Positions 33,891-42,453 of a DNA stretch of 49,490 bases are shown in pieces. The translations under genes were made by a program, and so were the position numbers. This DNA comes from Solirubrobacterales bacterium. GTDB taxonomy: Bacteria; Actinomycetota; Thermoleophilia; Solirubrobacterales; 70-9. The notes under the pieces were generated by a model. The model made no database searches, had not been told where the DNA came from, and saw only the letters and a program-made list of their open reading frames with translations. Each line of letters opens with the position of its first letter. The stretch's first letter is position 1. The DNA lies in NCBI GenBank assembly GCA_049796515.1, contig JBAREU010000222.1:1-49490 (forward strand). Direction: 5' to 3'.

Positions 33891-35858
33891 ATGGCGTTTG
33901 CGGGACTCTGCGCATGCTTACCTTCTGTCCCGGCGTTGGCCGCTTCGGGATCGCAGCCAGCCGTAGCCCGCGCACACGTCCCCTCTGCCTGCCTCCACAG
34001 GCCGGCCACGATCCGCGGCACCTCGGATGACGACCGCTTGATCGGAACTCCGAGCCCGGATGTCATCGTCGCCAGCTCCGGCGACGACCGCATCGTCGGC
34101 GGCGACGGTGACGATCTGATTTGCGCCGGGCCCGGCGAGGACCGAGTCACCTCAGGCGCCGGCGCCGATCTCAGTCAGGGTGGTCCCGACGCCGACCTGA
34201 TCTTTGGACGGCGGGGGAACGACGTCCTCCGGGGCGGAGACGGGGACGATCGGCTAAATGGCGGATCGGGCGTCGACGGCTGCGCAGGAGGCAGCGGGGG
34301 CGATCGCCTGATCCTCTGCGAGGGTCCTCCCCATCGCCACAACTCGACCTCGAATCGCCCCTCGCCGGCAAAGGAGAACGGGGGTTTGCCGGGGGCCAAC
34401 CCGCGCCCTGCGGTACCAGCGCCGGAGGGCAGATTCTCGACTGACCCCGCGATGTTTCCAGAGTTCGACGCCGCGATCGCGGACTACGCGATCCGCTGCG
34501 ATGGCAAAGAGGTCGCCGTCTCGGCGGCGGCGACCTCGGGTTCGTCGATGAGCGTTGACGGCCAGGCGCCGCACGAGGGAGCCTTCGAAACGAGAGTCGC
34601 ACTGGAACCCGAGCAGGAATTCACGGTTTCGATCATCCGCGAGACCGAGGCGCGCCACTACCACGTTCGTTGCCTCCCGCTCGATTTTCCGACCTGGAAC
34701 TACGAACGGTTCCTCCAGCCCGGTCATCGGTTCTACGTAGTAACCCCAACGCTGGGAGACCCCGCGCCACCGCTGATCGTGATCTTCGATGACCACGGGG
34801 TCCCGGTTTGGTGGTACCGCAACGCTCTTGGAGCGAATGACGGCAAGGTCCTGAACGACGGTTCGGTCGCCTTTTCGACGCACCTGGGGGCTGAATTCGG
34901 CTTTGCAACCGACCCAAGGTCGGCCTACTACGTTCGCAATCTCGACGGCTCGCCAGCCCATCAGTTCAGCTCCGCGGATGGCCCAGGCACGATCAAGGCG
35001 GTCGACGGTTCGACGGATTTTCACGAGCTGCAGGAACTGCCAAACGGCAACTTTCTCGTGATCTCCTACCAGCAGCGGGAACACGTCGACCTGAGCTCGT
35101 TCTGCGAGGAAGGCAATCCGGAAAACTGCGGCGCCTCCGATGATCACATCTACGACGGAGTCATCCAGGAGTTGGACCCCAGCGGCAATCTGGTCAGGGA
35201 GTGGAGCAGCCTCGACCACCTAGGAATCGACGAGATCGCGCCCCAATGGCGCGGCCTGGTTCTGTCACGTCCGCCACACGACGCCTTCCATATCAACGCG
35301 GTTGAGCCGGATGGCAACGCGCTACTCGTGTCCTCCTTCCTCGCCGACGCCGTCTATCGAATCCGCTGGGGAGAAGAACCCGGCAGCGGAGAGATAATTT
35401 GGAAGCTCGGCGGCGTGTCGACTTCGAAAAGCCTCGAGGTGGCCGGGGACCCCCTCGGCAGCTATCCCCTTTCCGCCCAACATGACGTGCGTCGCTTGAC
35501 CGACGGAACGATCACCGTCCACGACAACCTGCTGACCCCCCAGAGGGATCAGGCGCCGCGTGCCGTCCGCTACGTCATCGACGAAGCCAGCGGAACCGCG
35601 ACTCTGCTCGAAGAGGTCATCGATCCGGATGACCCACACCCGGGCTGCTGCGGCTCGGCGCGCAGATCCGATGACGGTTCCTGGCTGATGAGCTGGGGCG
35701 GTAACTCACTGGTCACCGAATTCAACCCCGACCACAAACGCACGTTCAGGCTTTCCTTCGGCGGCAAATTATTCTCCTACCGGGCGGTCTCCGCACGCGA
35801 CGGCGTGCTCAACATAGGGGCGCTGCGAGCGGGGATGAACGCAATGCACCCCGGATAG
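33891..35858 (+). CDS. Secreted protein: RTX-like Ca-binding repeats fused to an arylsulfotransferase (ASST)-like beta-propeller
   Basis: Signal peptide MAFAGLCACLPSVPALAAS. GGxGxD-type repeats (GGDGDDLICAGPGEDRV, GGDGDDRLNGGSGVDG). The C-terminal part has ASST-like blocks DFHELQELPNGNFLVISY, HINAVEPDGNALLVS and SAQHDVRRLTDGTITVHDN. Confidence 0.6.
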   Translation: MAFAGLCACLPSVPALAASGSQPAVARAHVPSACLHRPATIRGTSDDDRLIGTPSPDVIVASSGDDRIVGGDGDDLICAGPGEDRVTSGAGADLSQGGPDADLIFGRRGNDVLRGGDGDDRLNGGSGVDGCAGGSGGDRLILCEGPPHRHNSTSNRPSPAKENGGLPGANPRPAVPAPEGRFSTDPAMFPEFDAAIADYAIRCDGKEVAVSAAATSGSSMSVDGQAPHEGAFETRVALEPEQEFTVSIIRETEARHYHVRCLPLDFPTWNYERFLQPGHRFYVVTPTLGDPAPPLIVIFDDHGVPVWWYRNALGANDGKVLNDGSVAFSTHLGAEFGFATDPRSAYYVRNLDGSPAHQFSSADGPGTIKAVDGSTDFHELQELPNGNFLVISYQQREHVDLSSFCEEGNPENCGASDDHIYDGVIQELDPSGNLVREWSSLDHLGIDEIAPQWRGLVLSRPPHDAFHINAVEPDGNALLVSSFLADAVYRIRWGEEPGSGEIIWKLGGVSTSKSLEVAGDPLGSYPLSAQHDVRRLTDGTITVHDNLLTPQRDQAPRAVRYVIDEASGTATLLEEVIDPDDPHPGCCGSARRSDDGSWLMSWGGNSLVTEFNPDHKRTFRLSFGGKLFSYRAVSARDGVLNIGALRAGMNAMHPG

Positions 35859-36082
35859 CGTTCCACGCCGTACTCACACTCGCCATACCGCGAGCCATTG
35901 TCGGTACCCCAGGTTGTCGACGAATGCTGTTCACAAGTGTGTGGGCGGGTCACCTAGCGCTCTACACCGCATTGCCGCCTCGACCTTCCATCGCAATCGC
36001 AAGCGCCGCCTGCCAGCCGCCGAAGCGGTTGTAGACGGACTGCTACGGGCTTGCGCTCTTGGCTTCCGCTCAGTAGGCGGGC

Positions 36083-36436
36083 TCAAGACCGGCAATCATC
36101 GGGAAATGGCGCACGTTGGTTGGTGAGCAGATCCGCATCGAGCAGGAGCGCGGTGGCGGCGATTAGATAGTCGGCATCGTCGATACGGCGGTGGCGCTGG
36201 GCAAGGGATGCAGCAACTCGAGCTACCTCCTCTCCAACCGGAACCCAAGAGACCGCCGAGAAGAACTGCTCAAGTGCCTCGGCCTCTTTCCTTCGCACGC
36301 CCGCCAGTAGCTCGAAGCGCACTATCTCGCTGGCGAGGAGCGACTCTTCAGCGTCGATCAGGCCACTCAGGAGTCCAACCGCGGGAGGAGAGCCGCAAAG
36401 ATGGTCGATTGCGACACTGGTGTCGAGCAGCTTCAC
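36083..36436 (-). CDS. vapC: PIN-domain toxin VapC
   Basis: [13 protein letters not shown]...[11 protein letters not shown]...[19 protein letters not shown]. The GTG start overlaps the antitoxin stop (GTGA). Confidence 0.8.
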   Translation of the reverse strand: MKLLDTSVAIDHLCGSPPAVGLLSGLIDAEESLLASEIVRFELLAGVRRKEAEALEQFFSAVSWVPVGEEVARVAASLAQRHRRIDDADYLIAATALLLDADLLTNQRAPFPDDCRS

Positions 36437-36699
36437 TTGACGCCGAGCCGGGCCAAGCGATCGTTGAGGTCACCACCGCGGATCGCATCGACGTACTCGG
36501 CGCCGCTGGCGCGTCGGCCCTGCCATGAGCCGGCGCTGGCCTTGAGGGCGCGAAGCTTCTCGTCCTGCCCCTGCTCCCCGAACGTTGTGCGGACCGCCCG
36601 GCGGATCAACTCAGAGCGAGATGCACCGGTGTCGCGTGAGGCGCGCTCGAGGAGCTCCAGCTCACCCTCGCCCAGATAGACCTGCGTCCTGACCTGCAT
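36433..36699 (-). CDS. Ribbon-helix-helix (CopG-type) antitoxin VapB
   Basis: [37 protein letters not shown]. The start is taken at ATG 36699. Confidence 0.75.
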   Translation of the reverse strand: MQVRTQVYLGEGELELLERASRDTGASRSELIRRAVRTTFGEQGQDEKLRALKASAGSWQGRRASGAEYVDAIRGGDLNDRLARLGVK

Positions 36700-36936
36700 C
36701 CTGCTTATAACACCACTATACATCTTGTGGTGTCGTTTGAACAAGGGCGAAACGGCCCGAAACCCATCGAAAGCCCCCGGAAATCGGGTCACGTTCTAGA
36801 GCCATAAAGGGGCGGAGAGTGGGCGGCTCGTGCGCCACTCGGTGCCCCAGTCAGACGCCGCTCATGCAGCGATGAATCGCAGTGGCGAGTCAGGACACTG
36901 CCGGGGAGACGGCCTGATCAACCACGAAGAGCAGTC

Positions 36937-37653
36937 CTACCCGACGTCCGCAGCCCTCGCGAGTTGATCCTCCACGTCTTCGCCTATCACCGCCTCGGCG
37001 TGGCCGGCCCATACGCCGGTTGGCCGTAGCGAGACCAGCTGACGAATCGACTCGCGCGCCACCTCTGTGTCCCAGTTGCTGAATGGGTGGGGGACGCGGG
37101 CGCTTGCGGGCGAACCAGTCTCAGCGTCAAAGGTGAAAATCACGTCGGCCGCCAACAGGAGGCGATCGGAGTTGCGGAAGAGCGCGATCTGGCCGGGTGC
37201 GTGCCCCGGGATCCCGACGACACGGAAGCCGGCGATCCGCTCGCCGACATCGACCGTCCCTGCAATCTGCACCGGTCCTCCGTCCCAAACGGCGTGTAGT
37301 CGCGGGAGCGCTTCGCGGACCAGATCGCTCTCGATGAGGCTGTAGTCGGTGTAGCTGCGGCCGGCGTCGCCTTCGGCATCGACGACCTCATTCGGATGGC
37401 AGTAGACCGGCGCGCCGAGTTCGTTCGCCGCCCCTCGGTGATCGACGTGGCTGTGGCTGAGGATCACACAGTCAAGGTGCCCACCTGCGGCAGCGAGGAT
37501 CGCTGGGCCGGTGCCCTTGACACCAGCGTCGAAGGCGACCGGTCCGTCGGGACCGTCGATCAAGTAGACGTGGGACTTGAAGGGCTCGCCGACGCTTACC
37601 TGCCTCACATCGGCTGCGATCTGCGTGACAACAGCTGTCCCCTCGTCGGTCAT
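36937..37653 (-). CDS. MBL-fold metallo-hydrolase
   Basis: The HxHxDH motif ILSHSHVDHRG and a downstream GHAPG. The start is taken at ATG 37653. Confidence 0.8.
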   Translation of the reverse strand: MTDEGTAVVTQIAADVRQVSVGEPFKSHVYLIDGPDGPVAFDAGVKGTGPAILAAAGGHLDCVILSHSHVDHRGAANELGAPVYCHPNEVVDAEGDAGRSYTDYSLIESDLVREALPRLHAVWDGGPVQIAGTVDVGERIAGFRVVGIPGHAPGQIALFRNSDRLLLAADVIFTFDAETGSPASARVPHPFSNWDTEVARESIRQLVSLRPTGVWAGHAEAVIGEDVEDQLARAADVG

Positions 37654-37827
37654 GGCTGGGATTATCCACTGGCGCTGCGGCGTTAAGAGCGACCTTGCCC
37701 GCCCACGGCACTGCCCTCTCCCCACCGCCGACCTACGTCGCCGTACTGAGTCAAACCTCCTAGGGACGTTCTCTATTGACCCTGCATGCGGGCACCTTTA
37801 CGCCGTGCTGCCCTGCGCCAAGAGACG

Positions 37828-38214
37828 TTAGGTGGATGGGCTGCTGAGTCGCCGATGGGCGACTTCGTAGACGGTTTCGGCGTTCGACTCGCGAGGGTGA
37901 TGGCGAATGCCGAATGCGAAAGCTCGTAGGGCCATTGGGCGATTCGGATGTTTCACGGCGACGAACACAGCGCCGAAGCGGCCGTCCGGCCACGGAACAT
38001 AGGTCTTGACGCAGCCGCCAAGCATCGTGCCATCCTGAGCTTCGTCGCGGCATGCCTTGAGTCGGGATTGCGAGATGCCGCCTTCCCGCTGTAGCTCCTT
38101 GCGAAACTCGCGGAGCGCAATCTCGGCGCTCGTGGGCAACCGCTCAAGGTCCTCGGCGAGGGCGTCTTCATCGAAGCCAACCGGAAAGATCGGCTCCGGC
38201 CGCCCTGCGGCCAT
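37828..38214 (-). CDS. Hypothetical protein, possible RelE/ParE-fold toxin
   Basis: 128 aa. The C-terminal block GRFGAVFVAVKHPNRPMALRAFAFGIRHHP....ETVYEVAHRRL loosely resembles the RelE/ParE C-terminal strands. It starts 2 nt after the stop of the upstream small ORF. Confidence 0.35.
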   Translation of the reverse strand: MAAGRPEPIFPVGFDEDALAEDLERLPTSAEIALREFRKELQREGGISQSRLKACRDEAQDGTMLGGCVKTYVPWPDGRFGAVFVAVKHPNRPMALRAFAFGIRHHPRESNAETVYEVAHRRLSSPST

Positions 38215-38216
38215 GC

Positions 38217-38417
38217 TCAGCCCTCGTCGTCAGTCGGCAGCGAGCCGAAGTGCTGGTCGAACTCCTCGGGACTAAGACGCTCCTCGCCGTGCCGAGCGAG
38301 GATCGCCTCTACAGAGGTATCCCGGCCCTCCACCGCCTCAAGGGCAGCCAGCGCTGCATCTACGCGGTCGTCGGGCAAGTGATCCAGAACTGAGTGAGCC
38401 TTGTCTCGGGTCGTCAC
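38217..38417 (-). CDS. Small acidic hypothetical protein, possible antitoxin partner
   Basis: 66 aa, acidic, helical-looking. It is tightly coupled to 37828-38214. Confidence 0.35.
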   Translation of the reverse strand: MTTRDKAHSVLDHLPDDRVDAALAALEAVEGRDTSVEAILARHGEERLSPEEFDQHFGSLPTDDEG

Positions 38418-38496
38418 GACGGAAATGATAACCGGGTGATCGGCAGGCCCCCGCGAGACTGGCCGTGCGCCAGTGGTGCGCAGCCAACCCCGAAAT

Positions 38497-38526
38497 AGCC
38501 GGATTCAGCCGGTCACAGCCGGATTC
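38497..38526 (+). repeat. Three tandem 10-bp units AGCCGGATTC / AGCCGGTCAC / AGCCGGATTC
   Basis: Read directly. One helical turn per unit. About 50 nt upstream of the partial tRNA. Confidence 0.6.
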
Positions 38527-38576
38527 GATCTGGCTTATAGGCCATTTTCGCTCTGCTATGCGGCACGGACTCAGCC

Positions 38577-38629
38577 TGAGGGCCTTGTGGGTGGAAGCAC
38601 CCGTGATGGTTCGACTCCATTCAGCCACA
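38577..38629 (+). repeat. Diverged 3' half of a tRNA-Leu (att remnant); no 5' half
   Basis: TGAGGGCCTTGTG-GGTGGAAGCACCC-GTGATGGTTCGACTCCATTCAGCCACA begins at the same anticodon-loop position as the 76-bp repeats. Differences in the variable-arm and T-stem are compensatory. Confidence 0.7.
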
Positions 38630-38827
38630 TGGCGAACTGAAATGTGTATGCAATTTCGTTCCGGCGTAGGTGATATGACTAGCAATACCCGTTTGCTCAG
38701 GTCATCCTTCTCACTAACGTGATTGCGATTGCGTTCACTGTGGGATAGAGCTCCCTGCACAGGGAGGCGGGGTCGTGACAAAGGGGATCACCTGGGTGAA
38801 GTGACAATCGCAGACAGGGAGTTATAG

Positions 38828-40870
38828 GTGTCACCTCAGCCCAAAGCAATTGAACTGACGAAACTGGCGGACCGCTTGATAGTCCGTCACTTGCGCATTT
38901 CCGTTCCCCAGCCAAAAGTTCGGCACGAACTTCAGCGAGATCGGGCCCAAGAGCAGCTTCTCGAGAAACGCGTCCGCTGTATCGCCGTCGTCGGCGCTGG
39001 TGCAAGCGCGCCGCTGCTCAAGCGAGGAGATGAACTGGCAACTCAGCTAGAGGACCATTTCTCGAGCCAGGAAAAAGAGCGCAAGGCCGAGCTGTTTCGA
39101 CTGCAGCGCGTCTACGGGTTGTATGCCGAGGACTTCGAGACGCGCCTGGCAGCGCTGAGTCGAACGCCTGAGATCACCCAGCATGTTCGCGAAACGATCT
39201 CGGATTGGTACGCCTACAGGCATCCGACGATCCTCGGATACGAGCTGCTGGCCCATCTGCTCAAGCATCGCTTCCTCGATGCGATAATCAGCTTCAACTT
39301 CGATGAGCTCTTGGACCAGTCGCTAGACGACGAGCTGGGCAAGAACGGATACCGCAGAATCGTCTCCGAGCGCGACTGCCTCGGCGTCGAGAGCAATGCC
39401 GACTCGTCCGAATACGTGCCGATCTACATCAAGCTGCACGGCACGGCTACCGAGCCCGACAGCCTTCGCCTAACCCGCGAGGCCTACTACAAGCTTCCGC
39501 AGAAACTGATGCAAGTGGTGGAGGAGCTCCTCGAGAGCGACCTGACGGTGGTCGTGAACGTCGGGTCGTCGATGACCGGGTTCGATCTCCATCGCCTACT
39601 GCGAATCCCGGAGCAGCTAGAGATCTATGACCTCAGCCCGAAGTCGATCAGCGACACCGTCCAAGTGGCGATCGGCTCTGAGCGCAAAAGTCCGCTCCCG
39701 GACTCCTTCCATAAAGACGAGAAGCGCGAAGCGCCGACTTTCGACCTGCCGGCGGACGAACTGACCAGCAGGGCAAAGGCCACCTGCGATCGCTGGCTAA
39801 AGCAGCTCGTCCACGAGATCGAGGCCCGTTCGGGCGAGAACATGGAGTCCCGGTTCCTCGCGAGCCTCGTTCGCTTCCGATCGGTCGATCGGCACGAGGC
39901 GGTGGCCGAGATCCTGGGACCCGAGGCGACGCTTAGCCGCTGGACGCAGGATCCCAAACGCTGGCGGCAAGACTACGTCGACTACCTCCGGCAACGCACG
40001 ATCATCGAGCTGGCCTTCTCGGGCGCCAAGGCGCGGGGACTGGCGCAACTCTCGTGGTTGGCAGTCGACCGCTGCGGGACCTACTTCGAGCTATACCGGC
40101 ATGAAGGGCGGGACTTCGAGCTGCAAAATTGGAACACCCTGCGGGTGGCCGGGGGCTTGGACGAGCACGAATGGCTGCCGGACGTCGCGGAGTCCCAACC
40201 GTCGCTGTGCAAGCCCTCCGCCGGCCCAACCCTCAATCTCGACAACGGAAAGTGGGCGCTGCGTGAGTTTGTGCCGAAAGCGCTGGCCGAACATTTGAGC
40301 ATGCACGTGGGCAAAGACCGAAGGCGAACCGAACGCCGCCTCTCCCGCGCGCTGAAGAACCTGCAGGAGGGCTCCGAGGTGGAAATCGACGCCACCGACG
40401 ACCAGGTGTGCGCAAAGGCATTCGACCACCCGCTGACCTTGCCGACGATCACCTCTCTGAGGCTCTTCACGATCGGCCTCTTCAAGGGACTCAAGCCGGA
40501 GGACGAGGTCTACATCAGCTGCGAGACCGGCGAATGGCTGTTGAGGGACAAGACGATGTTCGACCTGCTCTCTAAACAAGATCGGGTTGAGGTGATCACC
40601 GCTTTCGACTTCAAGAGCGAAGAGCTGGACCACGAGTACGGCGACCGGCTGACGCTGCTTCCGATCGATCCCTGGCGGCACAATCGCCATATGACGATCG
40701 TTTGCCGCCGCGATGTTCCTCGGCGGGCCATCTACTTCGCGCGCCGGCTGCGCACCCCGATGATCACGCCCGTGTACCTCAGGGACCCAGACGACGCAGC
40801 ACGGGTCAAGCGCGCCTATGATCTGATGCGCAGCCAGGACTCCACGAGCGCGCCGGTGACCAATGTCTAG
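38828..40870 (+). CDS. SIR2-like (SIR2_2 family) domain protein with about 400-aa unassigned C-terminal region
   Basis: IAVVGAGASAPLL, LLAHLLKHRFLDAIISFNFDELLDQSL and YIKLHGTATEPDSLRLTREAY reproduce the GAGxS / NxD / HG order of defence-type SIR2 domains. GTG start after AGGGAG. Confidence 0.65.
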   Translation: MSPQPKAIELTKLADRLIVRHLRISVPQPKVRHELQRDRAQEQLLEKRVRCIAVVGAGASAPLLKRGDELATQLEDHFSSQEKERKAELFRLQRVYGLYAEDFETRLAALSRTPEITQHVRETISDWYAYRHPTILGYELLAHLLKHRFLDAIISFNFDELLDQSLDDELGKNGYRRIVSERDCLGVESNADSSEYVPIYIKLHGTATEPDSLRLTREAYYKLPQKLMQVVEELLESDLTVVVNVGSSMTGFDLHRLLRIPEQLEIYDLSPKSISDTVQVAIGSERKSPLPDSFHKDEKREAPTFDLPADELTSRAKATCDRWLKQLVHEIEARSGENMESRFLASLVRFRSVDRHEAVAEILGPEATLSRWTQDPKRWRQDYVDYLRQRTIIELAFSGAKARGLAQLSWLAVDRCGTYFELYRHEGRDFELQNWNTLRVAGGLDEHEWLPDVAESQPSLCKPSAGPTLNLDNGKWALREFVPKALAEHLSMHVGKDRRRTERRLSRALKNLQEGSEVEIDATDDQVCAKAFDHPLTLPTITSLRLFTIGLFKGLKPEDEVYISCETGEWLLRDKTMFDLLSKQDRVEVITAFDFKSEELDHEYGDRLTLLPIDPWRHNRHMTIVCRRDVPRRAIYFARRLRTPMITPVYLRDPDDAARVKRAYDLMRSQDSTSAPVTNV

Positions 40871-40932
40871 AGTCGCGATGGCGTTTGAGTTGGGCCAGCT
40901 CGCGATCCTCTCCTCGTAGCTGCGAAAGCAGA

Positions 40933-40968
40933 AGCCGGGCCCCCGCCGCCAGGGACTGGAGCCCGGCT
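40933..40968 (-). terminator. Hairpin (8-bp stem AGCCGGGC/GCCCGGCT, 20-nt loop) followed on the minus strand by TCTGCTTTC
   Basis: Read directly. It lies 18 nt downstream of the 19-codon ORF at 40986-41045. Confidence 0.3.
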
Positions 40969-41161
40969 CATGCCGTTGAGCGCGATCAGCCGGACTTCCG
41001 GATCGAGAGGACCGGCGCGGCTGCCTGGGTCGCTGCGAGCTTCATCTCCTCACCTCCTCCCATTTTTAGTAAGGAAATTCGGAGCGACTGAATGTAGCGC
41101 GCGGCCGGAAGGGGTACGGCTTAAGTTTCGTTTGGATAACTACATAGACTTCAGACGCTCA

Positions 41162-42436
41162 ATGAAAAACAAGCATTCAGAGAGGAATCGTGTAGCCAAA
41201 GCACGGACGAGCATTGACTCGAGGGCGTCTTACCTGCGACGTCTGGCGATTGTCTTCGCCGACGAGCTGCGGTTGAAGATCGTCACCGAGCTCTACATGC
41301 GGGAAATGAGCGCGAGCCAGTTCTACGCGGAGTTCGGCGGCGGCTCGATTTCCCGGGTCGATCGTCATTTCAAAAGGCTCGCCGAGTACGGCTGGCTGAA
41401 GTTCATGCGGAGCGAGTCGGGAGGACGGCGCCGCGGAGCGACCGAGCACTTCTACCGCGCTACCGAACTGGCCATCTTCGACAACGAGACCTGGTCGATG
41501 GTGCCGTACTCGATCCGCGTCGCATTCAGCTGGAGAACCTTCAATCAGCTTGCCGAGCGGGTGCGGCAGGCGCTGGCGGCAGGCACCCTCGACGCACGCC
41601 CCGACAGCCACCTCAGCTGGACCCCCCTCCTCCTCGACGAGATCGGCTGGAAGCGTGTGATCGCGGCTGTCGATGAGCTGTTCGAATCGCTCGTCGAGGA
41701 GCAGGACGACGCCAAACTCCGCATCTTCGAGTCCGAAGAGAAGCCGATGCTGGCCACGGTCGCCCTGGCGGCGTTCGAATCGCCGCCGCGCTCCCACCGG
41801 CCCGGCGAGGAGCGGCTCCGGCCCAGCCTGGCAGAGGGTAAGGACTCGGCGATGCCCTTTCCGCTGCGCGTCTCCAAGGTATTTGCCGACTCCGTCTGCC
41901 TGAAGATCGTCGCAGAGCTGAACCTGCGGGAGATGAGCGCGCCGCAGTTTCACGGTGAGTTCGGCGGCGCTTCCCTCGGCAGCGTCCGCCGGCGCTTCAA
42001 GATGCTCACGGAGATTGGCTGGCTAAGGAAAACGGATGAGAAAACGGGAGGTAGGCGCCGCGGCGCAACCGAGCACTTCTACCGCGCGACCGGACCGGCG
42101 ATCTTCGACAACAGCGCCTGGTCCGACGTGCCGGACTCGATCAAGGCCACCTACAGCTGGAGGACCTTCGACCAGCTATCCGAACAGGTCACAGAGGCGA
42201 TCGAGGCGGGTACGTTCGAGGCCCGAACCGACAATCACCTGAGCTGGTTCCTGCTTCGACTAGATCAGTCCGGCTGGGAGAAGGTCACGACCGCGGTCGA
42301 CAAACTCTTCGCGTTCATCTTCGACGAGCAGGAGAGCGCCGAGCTCCGCCTCGCCAAATCGGGCGAGACGCCGATCACGACAACCGTCGCGCTGGCAGCG
42401 TTCGAATCGCCGAAGGACTCGGTCAAAGCGCCGTAG
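41162..42436 (+). CDS. Tandem-duplicated winged-helix (ArsR-like) protein
   Basis: Two units of about 200 aa share ...LKIV(T/A)EL(Y/N)(M/L)REMSA(S/P)QF(Y/H)(A/G)EFGG...GGRRRGATEHFYRAT...AIFDN..WS.VP.SI...SWRTF(N/D)QL.E.V..A...GT(L/F)(D/E)AR.D.HLSW...ATVALAAFESP. The start is taken at ATG 41162. Confidence 0.6.
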   Translation: MKNKHSERNRVAKARTSIDSRASYLRRLAIVFADELRLKIVTELYMREMSASQFYAEFGGGSISRVDRHFKRLAEYGWLKFMRSESGGRRRGATEHFYRATELAIFDNETWSMVPYSIRVAFSWRTFNQLAERVRQALAAGTLDARPDSHLSWTPLLLDEIGWKRVIAAVDELFESLVEEQDDAKLRIFESEEKPMLATVALAAFESPPRSHRPGEERLRPSLAEGKDSAMPFPLRVSKVFADSVCLKIVAELNLREMSAPQFHGEFGGASLGSVRRRFKMLTEIGWLRKTDEKTGGRRRGATEHFYRATGPAIFDNSAWSDVPDSIKATYSWRTFDQLSEQVTEAIEAGTFEARTDNHLSWFLLRLDQSGWEKVTTAVDKLFAFIFDEQESAELRLAKSGETPITTTVALAAFESPKDSVKAP

Positions 42437-42453
42437 GGAATGCACCCACGCCA

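Larger units (their letters stand above)
33591..38629. mobile_element. Degenerate integrase-less island remnant between the IS3 fragment and a diverged 3' tRNA-Leu half
   Basis: Accessory gene content (two TA loci, a secreted ASST-like protein, an MBL hydrolase). It ends at a partial tRNA that starts at the same anticodon-loop breakpoint as the 76-bp repeats. Confidence 0.35.

Noticed and set aside
38520-38632. Possible complete second tRNA-Leu gene
   Set aside because: Only the anticodon-loop-to-3' part folds. The upstream sequence has no acceptor 5' strand (GTGGCTG) or D arm. It is interpreted as an att remnant.
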